DNA of 63,042 nt. Origin: a virus (taxonomy: Duplodnaviria; Caudoviricetes). Below, piece by piece: positions 9,990 to 21,276 of this stretch. The notes under the pieces are model-generated. The model did no database searches. It worked only from the letters and a program-made list of their open reading frames with translations, and was not told the origin of the DNA. The position numbers and the translations under genes were made by a program. The DNA lies in IMG/VR virus record IMGVR_UViG_3300043410_000495, positions 1 through 63,042 of that record; one strand, written 5' to 3'. The first letter of the stretch is position 1, and every line of letters starts with the position of its first letter.

Positions 9990-10045
9990 ATTTGAATTCT
10001 TCAATAATAAACCTAGCATAAATATAAAGAATAAGGACTCATAAA

Positions 10046-10678
10046 ATGGCCGTAGTTAAGAACTTAAACACAGATTTCACTATTACCAATAAAATTTCTC
10101 CATTGGCAAATATTACATTAGCCACTCATACAGTTTATGTTCAGGGAAATTTGGTTGTTGGTGGTAATTCAACTTCCGTCTCAAAAACGGACATGAACAT
10201 TACTGACAATATTATTGTTTTAAACAAAGGTGAAACTGGTTCTGGTGTTACTTTAGGAACTTCTGGGCTATCAGTTGATCGTGGTTCTTCGGCAAACGTT
10301 CAATTAGTATGGAATGAACCATATCAAAAATGGTCATTGACTAATGATGGTACGACATATGGAAATATTTCAACATCAAGTGGTGGGGGTGGAGTAACTG
10401 TAAGAGATGATCCAGCACCACAATTGGGTGGAAATCTAGATGTATTAAACCAAAATATTTTTAGTTCAAATACTGCTTATGTTAGGTTTGATGATAATGT
10501 CGCAATAGCAACTACCTCAGTAATACCAACTGCAAAAACTGGTTACACAGTACTATATGCACAAAACATCACGACACCAGGTGGTTCTGGATTGTATGTA
10601 GTTAATAATGGGTCATCGCAAGAAGAATTAATAACCAAAAAACAAAGTGTTGGTTATAGTATCATTTTTTCATCATAA
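10046..10678 (+). CDS. Virion structural / fibre base protein
   Basis: ITDNIIVLNKGE...VDRG and DPAPQLGGNLDV fibre-type motifs; ends YSIIFSS; late box at 10017-10024. Confidence 0.6.
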   Translation: MAVVKNLNTDFTITNKISPLANITLATHTVYVQGNLVVGGNSTSVSKTDMNITDNIIVLNKGETGSGVTLGTSGLSVDRGSSANVQLVWNEPYQKWSLTNDGTTYGNISTSSGGGGVTVRDDPAPQLGGNLDVLNQNIFSSNTAYVRFDDNVAIATTSVIPTAKTGYTVLYAQNITTPGGSGLYVVNNGSSQEELITKKQSVGYSIIFSS

Positions 10679-10690
10679 TAGGATTAGCAA

Positions 10691-10999
10691 ATGTCAGTAC
10701 AAAATACAGCATTAACAACTTCAGCGCAATCAGTATACACAAGTACTGGTAATACAGTGGTGTCAACTATGCATATACCAAATTATACTGGCACTCCTAT
10801 TACTTGTAATGTGTGGGTAGTACCTAATGGAGGAACACCATCATTCACAAATATAATTTATGGGAATGTAACAATAACTGCGTATAACACACTAGTTGTT
10901 GACAAAGAAAAATTTATATTAGGTAACGGAGATGCGTTGTATGCAAATGTAAGTGCAAGTAGTAGCGCATCTTCAACTGTGACGTACATTGGAGTTTAA
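10691..10999 (+). CDS. Small beta-sandwich adaptor-type virion protein
   Basis: Resembles the 118-aa MAAPN proteins (I.AY.TLV.....L..GD.L.AN.S). Confidence 0.55.
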   Translation: MSVQNTALTTSAQSVYTSTGNTVVSTMHIPNYTGTPITCNVWVVPNGGTPSFTNIIYGNVTITAYNTLVVDKEKFILGNGDALYANVSASSSASSTVTYIGV

Positions 11000-11000
11000 T

Positions 11001-11426
11001 ATGGCAAGATTTTTAAAGAATCCAGATTTATCTCCAAATAGTATTGCAGCAAGATTGCCAATCGTACCAAGTTCAGCATATGGTGATGCTCCAATAGATG
11101 GATTGATCAGATATAACAATGGCAATAGTAAGATTGAATTTTTTTATAATAACACTTGGAATCAAATTGCTAAAGTAGGTACAGTAAACTTAGTTGTAGA
11201 TGAATTTGTTGGTGATGGTACTACAACAGGACCTTTCCTAATGAGTCAATCTGAATCTGCTGATTCTAGTGTATTAGTAACTATTGGTGGAGTATATCAA
11301 CAACCAACAACACATTATTATGTAGTTGGATATCAAATTTGGTTTACTAGCCCACCACCTGCACCAGGAATTAACCCTAACAAGATTGTTGTTGTTCATA
11401 ATATAAACAGCACTAACGCTGCATAA
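11001..11426 (+). CDS. Virion structural protein
   Basis: ATG 11001 after GGAG; GLIRYN motif plus a GDG.T..F...V.IGGVYQ.P....F.SPP domain shared with other fibre proteins. Confidence 0.6.
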   Translation: MARFLKNPDLSPNSIAARLPIVPSSAYGDAPIDGLIRYNNGNSKIEFFYNNTWNQIAKVGTVNLVVDEFVGDGTTTGPFLMSQSESADSSVLVTIGGVYQQPTTHYYVVGYQIWFTSPPPAPGINPNKIVVVHNINSTNAA

Positions 11427-11434
11427 GGAATAAA

Positions 11435-13915
11435 ATGGCAATTGGGCGTATATCCGGACCAATGCTGTTTAGCAACCTTGAACGTCAAGGTGTTGATCTA
11501 GCTTTTCAATCAAATTTATTATACCTAGACATGAATAATTTGCGTGTTGGGGTAGTAAACTCAGCACCACAATATTCTTTTGACGCATCTGGTAATGTAA
11601 AATTATCTAATATCATAATCACCCAAAGTTCAATACGCTCTAATACTGGTGTAATAGATTTGGGTTCAACATCAAATATTAGAATTAGTGGTGGAGCAGC
11701 AAATTATGTATTGTACACAGATGGTGCTGGTAATATTTCATGGGGTGAAATAAGCAGTTTAGATGCTCAATGGGGCAATATAACACTACTAAACAATACT
11801 ATAGGGATTGTCAATACTGATGGAAATTTAGTATTACAAGCAAATGGTACAGGATCAGTAACTACCACAAATAATTTTTATGCTGGTAATGTATATGCAT
11901 CAAATTTAACTGGTAACATCCAAAGTAATGGGGGCGTATTTTCTGGAAATATCTCTGCCCCATGGTTTACTGGCAATGTAGAATCAATTATCGTTAATGT
12001 AGTAAGTGGTAACATTTTAACATTACAAACTAGTAATTTTAGTACTGCAAATGCATTAATCACTGGTGGTGTACTTAATAATATAGATGTTCAATCAAAC
12101 AATTTTAGTACTGCAAATGCATTAATCACTGGTGGTGTACTTAATAATATAGATGTACAAGCAAACAATTTTAGTACTGGCAATGCATTAATAAGTGGTG
12201 GCGTTTTATATAATATAGATGTACAAGCAAATAACGTTAGTACAGGTAATGCAGTAATAAGTGGTGGTTACATTAGTTCATTGACTAATGCATATATTAC
12301 TACTAGTAGTATTGATAACTTTAGTACTGGTAATGCACTAATAAGTGGTGGTGTTTTATATAATATAGATGTTCAATCAAACAATTTTAGTACTGCAAAT
12401 GCATTAATAAGTGGTGGCGTTTTATATAATATAGATGTACAAGCAAATAACTTTAGTACTGGTAATGCATTAATTACTGGTGGAAATGTAACTGCGAATA
12501 TTACTGGTAATACAACAGGAACTTTTGGTAGTTTCACTGGAAATGTGGATGCTAGTTGGCTTGTTGGTAATGTAAATGGGACAACTGGAAATTTTGGTAA
12601 TGTAAATATAACTTCAAATTTATCTATTACTGGTAATCTAATTGCATCTGGTAATATTATTGCACAAAAATTGATTAGCCCCATAGGTGATCTACATCTT
12701 AGTGCGGCAACTAATGACCCAAACAATATTATTAGATTTGACAGTGTAAGTGCTCTAGATATTGCCAGTGGTACTACAGACCAACGACCACCAAATCCAG
12801 ACTCTGGTTATCTTAGATATAATACTGATCAGGGAAGTATTGAATGGTGGTCTGGCTCACAATGGATTCAGGGTGCTCAAACTATTACATCTGAAATCAT
12901 TAATCCAGATGGTATCAATGATACATTTACACTTAATCAATCAACGACTGAAAACTCAATTTTAGTTAATATTAACGGTACCATACAGCAAGCAGGATCG
13001 GGTGCATATTCAGTTGTTGCAGATCAAATTACATTTGCTGAAATTCCTTTAGTAACAGATATTATTGAAATTAGATATATTGCTGGTGGTGTTGCGTCTT
13101 TGTCAATTGATTTTGCTAACATAGCAAGTAATGTTTCTCCGAGTGCAAATGTAACATATAGTTTGGGATCACCAACTAAACGTTGGAAAGATTTGTGGTT
13201 ATCAGGGACTACCATATACATTGGTGCTGCAAATATTAGTACTGTAGATAGTAATGTAATAATTACTAATCCATCAGGGGGATCATTTACAGTAAGTGGT
13301 TCAGAATCTGGTAACGCAACTGCTACGTTTGGAAATGTATATAGTAAAGCATTTTACTTTGCCAATGGAACTCCATTTACTTCAAGTACATATGGTAATA
13401 CAGAAGTTGCTGCATATCTACTAGCAAATCCACAGGGTAATTTTTACAGCAATGCTAACGTAACAGCATACATTCCAACAGATACAACTATCCTTGCGAT
13501 GCAAGCAAACATTACTGCTGCAAACTTATGGATAGCAAATGCAGCAACTCAAGCAGATTCATTAATATCTCTATTAGCCAATGCCGCAGTTCAAGAAGCA
13601 AACTTAGCAGTATTGGTTAGTAATGCAGCTTCACAACAATCAAGCTTTAATGTAATAAATGCCAACATTGGCGCATATCACATATATGCCAATGCCAATA
13701 TTGGTGCATATCAGACATACGCCAATGCCAATGTCGCAGCTATTCAAGCTAATTTGGGGGCATATCAGACATATGCCAATGCTAATGTTGTGACAATTCA
13801 GGCTAATTTGGGTGCGTATCAAATTTGGTCTAATGCAAATGCAGCGACACAACAAGGAAATATAACATCATTACGAGCAAGAGCATTCACTTCAGTAATG
13901 GTATTCGGAGGATAA
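11435..13915 (+). CDS. Fibre-like virion protein with tandem repeats
   Basis: 826 aa; NFSTxNALIxGG repeats, GTTDQRP...LRYN motif, ANLGAYQ repeats, C-terminal VMVFGG. Confidence 0.7.
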   Translation: MAIGRISGPMLFSNLERQGVDLAFQSNLLYLDMNNLRVGVVNSAPQYSFDASGNVKLSNIIITQSSIRSNTGVIDLGSTSNIRISGGAANYVLYTDGAGNISWGEISSLDAQWGNITLLNNTIGIVNTDGNLVLQANGTGSVTTTNNFYAGNVYASNLTGNIQSNGGVFSGNISAPWFTGNVESIIVNVVSGNILTLQTSNFSTANALITGGVLNNIDVQSNNFSTANALITGGVLNNIDVQANNFSTGNALISGGVLYNIDVQANNVSTGNAVISGGYISSLTNAYITTSSIDNFSTGNALISGGVLYNIDVQSNNFSTANALISGGVLYNIDVQANNFSTGNALITGGNVTANITGNTTGTFGSFTGNVDASWLVGNVNGTTGNFGNVNITSNLSITGNLIASGNIIAQKLISPIGDLHLSAATNDPNNIIRFDSVSALDIASGTTDQRPPNPDSGYLRYNTDQGSIEWWSGSQWIQGAQTITSEIINPDGINDTFTLNQSTTENSILVNINGTIQQAGSGAYSVVADQITFAEIPLVTDIIEIRYIAGGVASLSIDFANIASNVSPSANVTYSLGSPTKRWKDLWLSGTTIYIGAANISTVDSNVIITNPSGGSFTVSGSESGNATATFGNVYSKAFYFANGTPFTSSTYGNTEVAAYLLANPQGNFYSNANVTAYIPTDTTILAMQANITAANLWIANAATQADSLISLLANAAVQEANLAVLVSNAASQQSSFNVINANIGAYHIYANANIGAYQTYANANVAAIQANLGAYQTYANANVVTIQANLGAYQIWSNANAATQQGNITSLRARAFTSVMVFGG
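12035..12482 (+). repeat. 60-bp (20-aa) tandem coding repeats NFSTANALITGGVLNNIDVQ
   Basis: About 7 near-identical units visible in DNA and protein. Confidence 0.85.
13655..13830 (+). repeat. AN(L/I)GAYQTYANAN coding repeats
   Basis: 4 units; the same unit recurs near 26805-27000 and 28100-28265. Confidence 0.75.
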
Positions 13916-13916
13916 T

Positions 13917-14273
13917 ATGGCAGCACCAAATCTTTTAAACAGTACATCAATTATAGGTAAAACCGCAATAGCAAATGTTACTACAGTTTTATCAAATGTA
14001 ATTACTAACGGATCAACTAGTGGAAATTTAGTTAAAGTTGATACTATTACTATTTCTAACTATTCTTCAGGAACAATTTACGCCAATGTGATTATGTACA
14101 GGAATCCAGATAGGGCATATATTATTGGTACTACTTCTATACCAGCATATTCTACATTAACGGCACTAGCAAGAGATACCGCATTATTATTAGAAGAAGG
14201 TGATTACATACAATCTAACGTAAGTGCAAACGTTACCGCACACATGACACTGAGTTATGAAGTAATTAGTTAA
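13917..14273 (+). CDS. Adaptor-type virion protein (MAAPN family, copy 1)
   Basis: 118 aa, paralog of 30713-31069 (same length, TTxLSNVITNGSTSGN, EEGDY, YEVIS end). Confidence 0.7.
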   Translation: MAAPNLLNSTSIIGKTAIANVTTVLSNVITNGSTSGNLVKVDTITISNYSSGTIYANVIMYRNPDRAYIIGTTSIPAYSTLTALARDTALLLEEGDYIQSNVSANVTAHMTLSYEVIS

Positions 14274-14276
14274 ACC

Positions 14277-15197
14277 ATGCCACGAATTAGAAACAGTATT
14301 ATTGGTGTAAGACCAACTCCAATTGGAAAAAATTCAACTAATATGACATTTGGTATAGTTGAACAACAACTTTTTTCCGCACCTTACTATACTGTTAGTG
14401 TACTAGCAATTGGTGGAGGTGGTGGGGGAGGGGGTAACGACGGACCACTAGGAGCCGCAGGTGGTGGCGGTGCCGCAGTTGTTGCCGATATAGATGTAAT
14501 TTCTTTACAATCACTTTCAATTGGAATTGGTGGAGGTGGTGCTGGTGGAACATCAGGAACTGGAGGTGGCGGTGCTGCGGGTGGAACTAATGGAGGAGGC
14601 ACCGGCGGTGATCGTGGCGGTAGCGGTTCATCTGGCTCTGGCGGTGGTGGTGGTGGCTGGAGTGGTATATACACTGGTGCCACCTATTATGTTGTTGCTG
14701 GTGGTGGTGCAGGTGGTGGAGGTTCCAACGAAGGATCAGCAAATGATGTGGTATCACCTGGAGGTGGAAGCCAACCCAATGGTGCTAACGGAACAAGTTT
14801 AACAGGCGGCAATGGAGCACCGTATAGTGGTGACGGTGGTGGTGGAGGTGGTGGTGGCGGTGGCTATTACGGCGGTAATGGACAAACAAATCTTGGTGGT
14901 GGACAAGCATCCGGGGGAGCTAACTACACAAATGGATCCGTAGCGAGAGCAGTTAGCACTACAAACGGTAATAACGGCCCAACTTCAGGCACAGCAGCAA
15001 GTGCTGTAGCAGTTACTTTTTCTGGATATTCTGGAACAAATGGCAAAGGTGGTGATGCTGCATCTGCTGGAACCAATGGTGTAGTGATAATCAGATATTT
15101 GGGTGGTCAAAAAGGGACAGGCGGAACTATTACCCAAGATAGTTTATATACATATCATACATTTTCAACTCCTGGTACTAGTACTTTTACAGCGTAA
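14277..15197 (+). CDS. Glycine-rich adhesin-like fibre tip protein
   Basis: Poly-Gly runs framed by VLAIGGGGGGG and GVVIIRY...YTYHTF. Confidence 0.7.
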   Translation: MPRIRNSIIGVRPTPIGKNSTNMTFGIVEQQLFSAPYYTVSVLAIGGGGGGGGNDGPLGAAGGGGAAVVADIDVISLQSLSIGIGGGGAGGTSGTGGGGAAGGTNGGGTGGDRGGSGSSGSGGGGGGWSGIYTGATYYVVAGGGAGGGGSNEGSANDVVSPGGGSQPNGANGTSLTGGNGAPYSGDGGGGGGGGGGYYGGNGQTNLGGGQASGGANYTNGSVARAVSTTNGNNGPTSGTAASAVAVTFSGYSGTNGKGGDAASAGTNGVVIIRYLGGQKGTGGTITQDSLYTYHTFSTPGTSTFTA

Positions 15198-15257
15198 TTA
15201 ATCAAAAGCCAATTTTGACTAAATATGTGTAATAGTTAAAATTGAGGATACTTTAAC

Positions 15258-18200
15258 ATGGCTGTTACTAGAATTAAGAACAATCAGATTACTGATAGTA
15301 CTATCACCTATCAAAAAATTGCTAGTGGTACGCTGGTTGGCAGTCTTTTCAACCCAAATCTTACTTTAAATTCAAATATTAGCATTGTAGGTAATCTACA
15401 AGTTTCTGGTAACGCCACAACTGTTAATTCAATTGATACATTAATAACTGACCCATTAGTAATTTTTAATAATGGTTATGTTGGAACCCCAAGTTATGAC
15501 GTAGGTATTCTTGTAAATCGTAATTTACAATCTATTGGTAATTATGGTGGTAAAAATGCAGCATGGATTTGGCGTGAATCGGATGGTGCGTTTGAAGGTG
15601 TTTTAACAACAGACACAGGAACTACCACTGGAGCCATTAATAGAAGCTTCTTAGCAAACTTAACAATTGGTAATATCACTGTAGCAAATGCTTTAACTGC
15701 TGAACGTGCCACTGTAACAACATTAAACACAACCACATTAACTGCAAGTAGTTTTGTTGCATCTGGTAACATTGTTGCTGCATCTGGAGTAAATGCAACT
15801 AACTATACGACTGGTGCTTTAGTAGTACCTGGCGGTGGTGGTGTTGGTATTACAGGTGATCTTTGGGTTCAAGGACCAAGCACTTTTGCAGGTAATATTA
15901 ATGCAGGTAATATCCAATTAAGCGGAAATATTAATGTTCCTGTTGGTGGTACATTATCTAGTTTTGGTGTATTTTACGGTAATGCTGGTGGTATAGGTGC
16001 CCTATATGCTGGCACTACAACATACACTGCATTGCCTACCACTGTGTTCCAGATGACTGGTAATGTCAATAGCTATGCTCAAACTAATTTTCAGAATTTA
16101 AATAGTGGATCATCAGCTACTACCGATTATATTTTAACTGCCGATGACGGAACTGATGACAGTTATTACGGCGATTTTGGTATATTGGGTTCCAATTATA
16201 ACGGATCGTTATACACTAGTTATACCAATGGTATAGGAACAGTAGGATTCCCCAACGACACCTACTTATATGCACACGGTAGTCATTCGGCTCCGGGTAT
16301 TGGTGGTAACTTATTAATAGGCACATCTATTCCGAACACTATTATTCGTGCTTTTGTTGGTGGTATGAATGTTGCTAATATTGTTACAACCACAACCAGT
16401 TCTGGTTTAATTGTTAATGCAGCAACAGCTAGTACAAACACAACTTCTGGTGCATTGATTGTTTCTGGCGGTGCTGGTATTGCTGGTAACTTATACGTTG
16501 GTGGCACATTATTCAATGCGGGTGGAGCACTAGGTAGTTTTGCTGCAATTAATAATACACCAATTGGAAATGCTACACCTAGTACTGGTGCATTTACTAC
16601 ACTAACATCTACAACAGAAACCACTACAAACTTCAGCACTGCAAATGCAGTTATTACTGGTGGATATATTAAATCTGTTGCAAATGTTTTTGCATCTGAT
16701 GCCACAATTGGCAATGTAAATTCCACACAAGGAAATGTAACTACTTTAGTTGCAACAAACTTTAGTACAGGTAATGCACGTGTGACTGGAGGTTATGCAG
16801 ATAACTTCCCAATTGGCGCAAATACAGCAAGTACTGGTAACTTTACAACTGCAAATGCAACTGCTGTTTCTGCTTATACTGGTGACTTTACAACCGTTAA
16901 TGTAACAACAGCTAATATTACAACTGCAAATGCAAGTACAATTAATTCGGTAACTGAAACTGTTGTTACCTTAAATGCAACAACAGGAAATGTAACTACA
17001 TTAGGTGCAGGTACTACAACAACTACTAATTTAAACACAACAAATGGTAACGCTACTACACTAGTAGCTACAAACTTTAGTTCAGGTAATTCTCGCATTA
17101 CTGGTGGGTATGCAGACAATTTCCCAGTTGGTGCGAACACAGCAGCACCCGGTAATTTTACAACTGCAAATGCAACTACTGTTTCTGCTTATACAGTAAA
17201 TTCCACAACTGTCAATACGACGAATGCAAATGCAACAACTTTAGTTGCAACAAACTTTAGTTCTGGTAATGCTGTAATAAGTGGTGGATATATTTCTGCT
17301 CTAACAAATGCTTATATTACTACTAGCCAAATTACTAACTTCTCAACTGGTAATGCTCAAATAACTGGTGGTAAAGTAACTGGATTAACTGGTGGTACAG
17401 GATCAACTACTTCTGCAACAACACAATCACTACAAGTTTCTTCTGGTGGTTTGGGTGTAGTTGGGGATAGTTATATCAATGGATCATTGGGACTCACTGG
17501 TGATGTTTCTGGAGTTAATGCAAAATTTGTAGTGTTAAATGCCACAACTGGTAATTTAACAAATGCAAATGCAACAACTTTAGTTGCAACAAACTTTAGC
17601 ACAGGTAATGCTGTAATAAGTGATGGATATATTTCTGCACTTGCCAATATTACTGCGACCAATGCGAACTTTGCAACTGCATATGCTACAACATTAAATT
17701 CTACTTCTGGCAATCTAACAACATTAGTATCTACAAACTTTAGTTCAGGCAACTCTCGTATTACTGGTGGTTATGCAGATAACTTCCCAATTGGTGCAAA
17801 TACAAAAGCAACTGGTGCATTTACTACATTAACATCAAATGGATTAACTACATTTACAAACGCAACGCAAAGTGACAACGCAAGCACTGGTGCTGTGGTA
17901 GTTACAGGAGGCGTTGGTGTAGGTGCTAACTTGAATGTTGGTGGCAATGTAACTGTAACTGGAAACTTAACAGTACAAGGTACTACAACTACAGTTAATT
18001 CTCAAACATTGGATGTTGCGGATATAAACATTACTGTTGCCAAAGGAGCAGCAAGTGCTGCTGCTGCAAATGGTGCTGGTTTAACTGTTGATGGTGCAAA
18101 TGCAACCATTACCTATGCAAGCTCTGATGATAGTTGGAACTTTAATAAGAAAGTTAATCTATCTGGCATAAATGCAACGAGCGCAAATATCACCAATGGA

Positions 18201-21200
18201 AATGTAACAACACTATACGCTCAAAACTTTAGTACTGGTAACGCTATTATTAGTGGTGGTAACATCAATTTGTTTACTGGCAACTATCCTCCATTATCAA
18301 CACAGGGATATATAACAGCAGACAAAGTTCAAGGTGTTGACGGATTATTTGGAAATATATTAATAGTAGGTAACATAGCTGCTTCTGGAACTGGATATAT
18401 TTTAGGGCTTACTAATTTCCAAAGTAACATTGTTAATACTGCAAATATTTTTGCAACCTTTGGTAATATTAATGGTACTACTATAGGATTAACAAATCCA
18501 CAAGATGCATCATTTGTAAATGCAAATGTTACAAATGTATTGACTGCTCTGACTGGTAATATTAATAATATTAATACTACTACGGCAAATGTAATTAATG
18601 AACAAGTAACTACTCTTGTAGCTACCAATTTCAGTTCAGGTAATGTAGTTATTACTGGCGGATACATTCAATCAGTTGCAAATGTTTATGCTACAACTGG
18701 ACAAATTGCTAACTTTAGCACTGCTAATGCATTAGTAACTGGTGGTGTTTTAAACAATATTAATGTTCAAGCAAATAACTTTAGTACTGCTAATGCATTA
18801 GTAACTGGTGGCGTTCTAAACAATATTGATGTTCAAGCAAATAACTTTAGCACTGCTAATGCAGTTATCACTGGTGGTTATATTAATAACCTTGCTAACT
18901 TAACTGCAACTACAGGACAATTTACTAACTTTAGTACAGGCAATGCATGGATTTCTGGAGGCAATGTTACATTAACAAATGCATATGTAACTACATCTCA
19001 GATTACCAACTTTAGTACAGGCAATGCAGTTATCACTGGTGGTTATATTAATAACCTTGCTAACTTAACTGCAACTACAGGACAGTTTACAAATTTAAGC
19101 ACTGCCAATGCATTAGTAACTGGCGGTGTCCTTAACAATGTTAATATCCAAGCAAATAATATTAGCACAAGTAATGCATATGTAACTAATGGTACACTAA
19201 ACAGTGTGATTATTGGTAATGCAACTCCTGGCTATGGTAAATTTACACAACTATTGGCAACAACAAGTGTAGACTTAAGTCCTACATTGGGCGCTGCAAC
19301 AGTTACAATTAATCCATTAAGCATTGGTTCTATTGATAACATGAACATTGGTGCCAGTTATCAAGGTAATGCTTATGTAACTAACTTCAGAACAACTCAA
19401 AGTTTGTGGGCATCCACTGTTGGTACTGTGTTTATTCGTGCAGGTACAGCAAGTGGTAGTAGCATTAATAATATCGTAATTGGTTCTACTGATCCTGCTG
19501 CTGGTACGTTTACTAATTTAAATTCACAAACTGAAACTACAATTACTCTTAATGCAGGTGCTGGTAATGTAACTGGTGCATTGTATGCTGGAAGTATTAA
19601 TACAGCAAATGCAGTAATCTCTGGTGGTTATATCACTGGAATGTCTAATATTACTGCAACCACTGGTAATGTAAGCAGTTGGTATGCAACTAATCTAAAT
19701 GCAACTAATGCAAATATTACTGGTGCACTTGCCCTATCTAGCTTAAACACAGCAAATGCAGTAATCTCTGGTGGTTATATTACTGGGCTTGCAAATGCAA
19801 ACGCTATTGTTGGTACATTTACTACCCTTAACACTAGTTCGGCAAATATTTCTGGTTCTGCAACAATTACTGGCAATATTGTTATATCCAGCGGTACTAC
19901 AAATCCAATTGGAAGTTATACAGATGGCGCACTTGTATTAACTGGCGAAGGTGGCGCAGCCATTGGTGGTAATGTAACCGTTAAAGGTGGTATGCTGATT
20001 AATCACAGCCAATCTGATGCGGCAGGACACAATGTTATTGTACAAGGTGTAAATGATAGTACATTGCTATATGTACATCCAAATGCAACTTATGATCAAG
20101 TTGCCGTTGGTGGCAATATGGCTGGCTCTACATTAACTGATGGTGCCAAACTTGCAATATATAGTACAGATGCATTCTTACTACCAGTTGGTTCTAGCTC
20201 TCAACGTCCAAGTGGACAAGGATTTACTGATGTTCAGGGTATGATCCGATATAGTACTACAACTAATCAAATAGAATACTACAATGGTACATCATGGTCA
20301 GGAACTGGTTCGCAATTAACATTAATTTCTGATGCACAATATTCATTAAGTACTGGTGATATTCGTGGTAACGTTGATGGAGTTAATGATACATTTGTAC
20401 TTCCTTCATCTAGTACAACAAATTCTTCAATTGTAAGCATTAACGGTGTATTACAATTACCGGGTATTGCATACAATGTATTCAGCGGAAATACATCAAT
20501 AGTATTCACTGAAGCACCAGCAATTGGTGATGCAATTGATGTTAGAATTCTTTCTACTACCACAACTGTTGACAGTATTAGCAGTCAAAATGGATTTAAT
20601 TACTTCCAAGCAAATAATACTTCATTAAGTTTCTTCACAGGCAATGTATTAACAGGATCGCTTGAAAATTGGAGAATTGATACAAATGGCGATTTCTATC
20701 CAGTTACAACATCTAACATTGGTGCATCAAATCATCGTGTTGACTACCTATTTGCAAGCAACATTGATATTAGCGGTGGAACGTTAACAGGCGTAAGTCT
20801 TGGTGGTGGTTCACTAGATAATACTGTTATTGGTGGAAATATTGCCGCATTGGGTGGATTTACTACATTGTATTCATCTACTGCATTTCAAGCAAATGGT
20901 TCTGTTTTAATTAGTAGTGGAAATATTCAAGTTGACAGCCCTGCTGGTAAATTTATTGCGCCAAGCACTACCGGGTCCGTTGCTAGTTTTGATAAAACAG
21001 TTGATCGTGGTGGAGAATTTTTGGTTTCATTGAGTAAAACAGATAATACTGAATTCCAAATGGCTAAAGTCGTTATTGTACATGATGGATCAACGCCACA
21101 CATAGAAGCATATGGAGTTACTTTCACAGGTTCCGCCAACTTGGCAACATTTAGCGCAAACATTTCTGGTAGTACAGTATGGTTAAATGCAAGTAGTGCG

Positions 21201-21248
21201 GGGGCAAACTTACAGGTTAAAGTCAGTTCTACGCTAATAAAAGTTTAA
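15258..21248 (+). CDS. Very large fibre-like virion protein
   Basis: 1996 aa, T/N/G/A-rich; many NFSTGNAxIxGG repeats, TGALVV.GG.G units, LPVGSSSQRP...MIRYS; late box ACTAAATA at 15218-15225. Confidence 0.75.
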   Translation: MAVTRIKNNQITDSTITYQKIASGTLVGSLFNPNLTLNSNISIVGNLQVSGNATTVNSIDTLITDPLVIFNNGYVGTPSYDVGILVNRNLQSIGNYGGKNAAWIWRESDGAFEGVLTTDTGTTTGAINRSFLANLTIGNITVANALTAERATVTTLNTTTLTASSFVASGNIVAASGVNATNYTTGALVVPGGGGVGITGDLWVQGPSTFAGNINAGNIQLSGNINVPVGGTLSSFGVFYGNAGGIGALYAGTTTYTALPTTVFQMTGNVNSYAQTNFQNLNSGSSATTDYILTADDGTDDSYYGDFGILGSNYNGSLYTSYTNGIGTVGFPNDTYLYAHGSHSAPGIGGNLLIGTSIPNTIIRAFVGGMNVANIVTTTTSSGLIVNAATASTNTTSGALIVSGGAGIAGNLYVGGTLFNAGGALGSFAAINNTPIGNATPSTGAFTTLTSTTETTTNFSTANAVITGGYIKSVANVFASDATIGNVNSTQGNVTTLVATNFSTGNARVTGGYADNFPIGANTASTGNFTTANATAVSAYTGDFTTVNVTTANITTANASTINSVTETVVTLNATTGNVTTLGAGTTTTTNLNTTNGNATTLVATNFSSGNSRITGGYADNFPVGANTAAPGNFTTANATTVSAYTVNSTTVNTTNANATTLVATNFSSGNAVISGGYISALTNAYITTSQITNFSTGNAQITGGKVTGLTGGTGSTTSATTQSLQVSSGGLGVVGDSYINGSLGLTGDVSGVNAKFVVLNATTGNLTNANATTLVATNFSTGNAVISDGYISALANITATNANFATAYATTLNSTSGNLTTLVSTNFSSGNSRITGGYADNFPIGANTKATGAFTTLTSNGLTTFTNATQSDNASTGAVVVTGGVGVGANLNVGGNVTVTGNLTVQGTTTTVNSQTLDVADINITVAKGAASAAAANGAGLTVDGANATITYASSDDSWNFNKKVNLSGINATSANITNGNVTTLYAQNFSTGNAIISGGNINLFTGNYPPLSTQGYITADKVQGVDGLFGNILIVGNIAASGTGYILGLTNFQSNIVNTANIFATFGNINGTTIGLTNPQDASFVNANVTNVLTALTGNINNINTTTANVINEQVTTLVATNFSSGNVVITGGYIQSVANVYATTGQIANFSTANALVTGGVLNNINVQANNFSTANALVTGGVLNNIDVQANNFSTANAVITGGYINNLANLTATTGQFTNFSTGNAWISGGNVTLTNAYVTTSQITNFSTGNAVITGGYINNLANLTATTGQFTNLSTANALVTGGVLNNVNIQANNISTSNAYVTNGTLNSVIIGNATPGYGKFTQLLATTSVDLSPTLGAATVTINPLSIGSIDNMNIGASYQGNAYVTNFRTTQSLWASTVGTVFIRAGTASGSSINNIVIGSTDPAAGTFTNLNSQTETTITLNAGAGNVTGALYAGSINTANAVISGGYITGMSNITATTGNVSSWYATNLNATNANITGALALSSLNTANAVISGGYITGLANANAIVGTFTTLNTSSANISGSATITGNIVISSGTTNPIGSYTDGALVLTGEGGAAIGGNVTVKGGMLINHSQSDAAGHNVIVQGVNDSTLLYVHPNATYDQVAVGGNMAGSTLTDGAKLAIYSTDAFLLPVGSSSQRPSGQGFTDVQGMIRYSTTTNQIEYYNGTSWSGTGSQLTLISDAQYSLSTGDIRGNVDGVNDTFVLPSSSTTNSSIVSINGVLQLPGIAYNVFSGNTSIVFTEAPAIGDAIDVRILSTTTTVDSISSQNGFNYFQANNTSLSFFTGNVLTGSLENWRIDTNGDFYPVTTSNIGASNHRVDYLFASNIDISGGTLTGVSLGGGSLDNTVIGGNIAALGGFTTLYSSTAFQANGSVLISSGNIQVDSPAGKFIAPSTTGSVASFDKTVDRGGEFLVSLSKTDNTEFQMAKVVIVHDGSTPHIEAYGVTFTGSANLATFSANISGSTVWLNASSAGANLQVKVSSTLIKV
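18710..19160 (+). repeat. NFSTANAxxTGG tandem coding repeats
   Basis: Same unit as 12035-12482, near-identical at DNA level. Confidence 0.75.
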
Positions 21249-21276
21249 AAAATAGCCAACAGGGAGATATGGAACT

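Noticed and set aside
12035-12482. Regular repeats resembling a CRISPR array
   Set aside because: In-frame coding repeats without unique spacers; no cas genes
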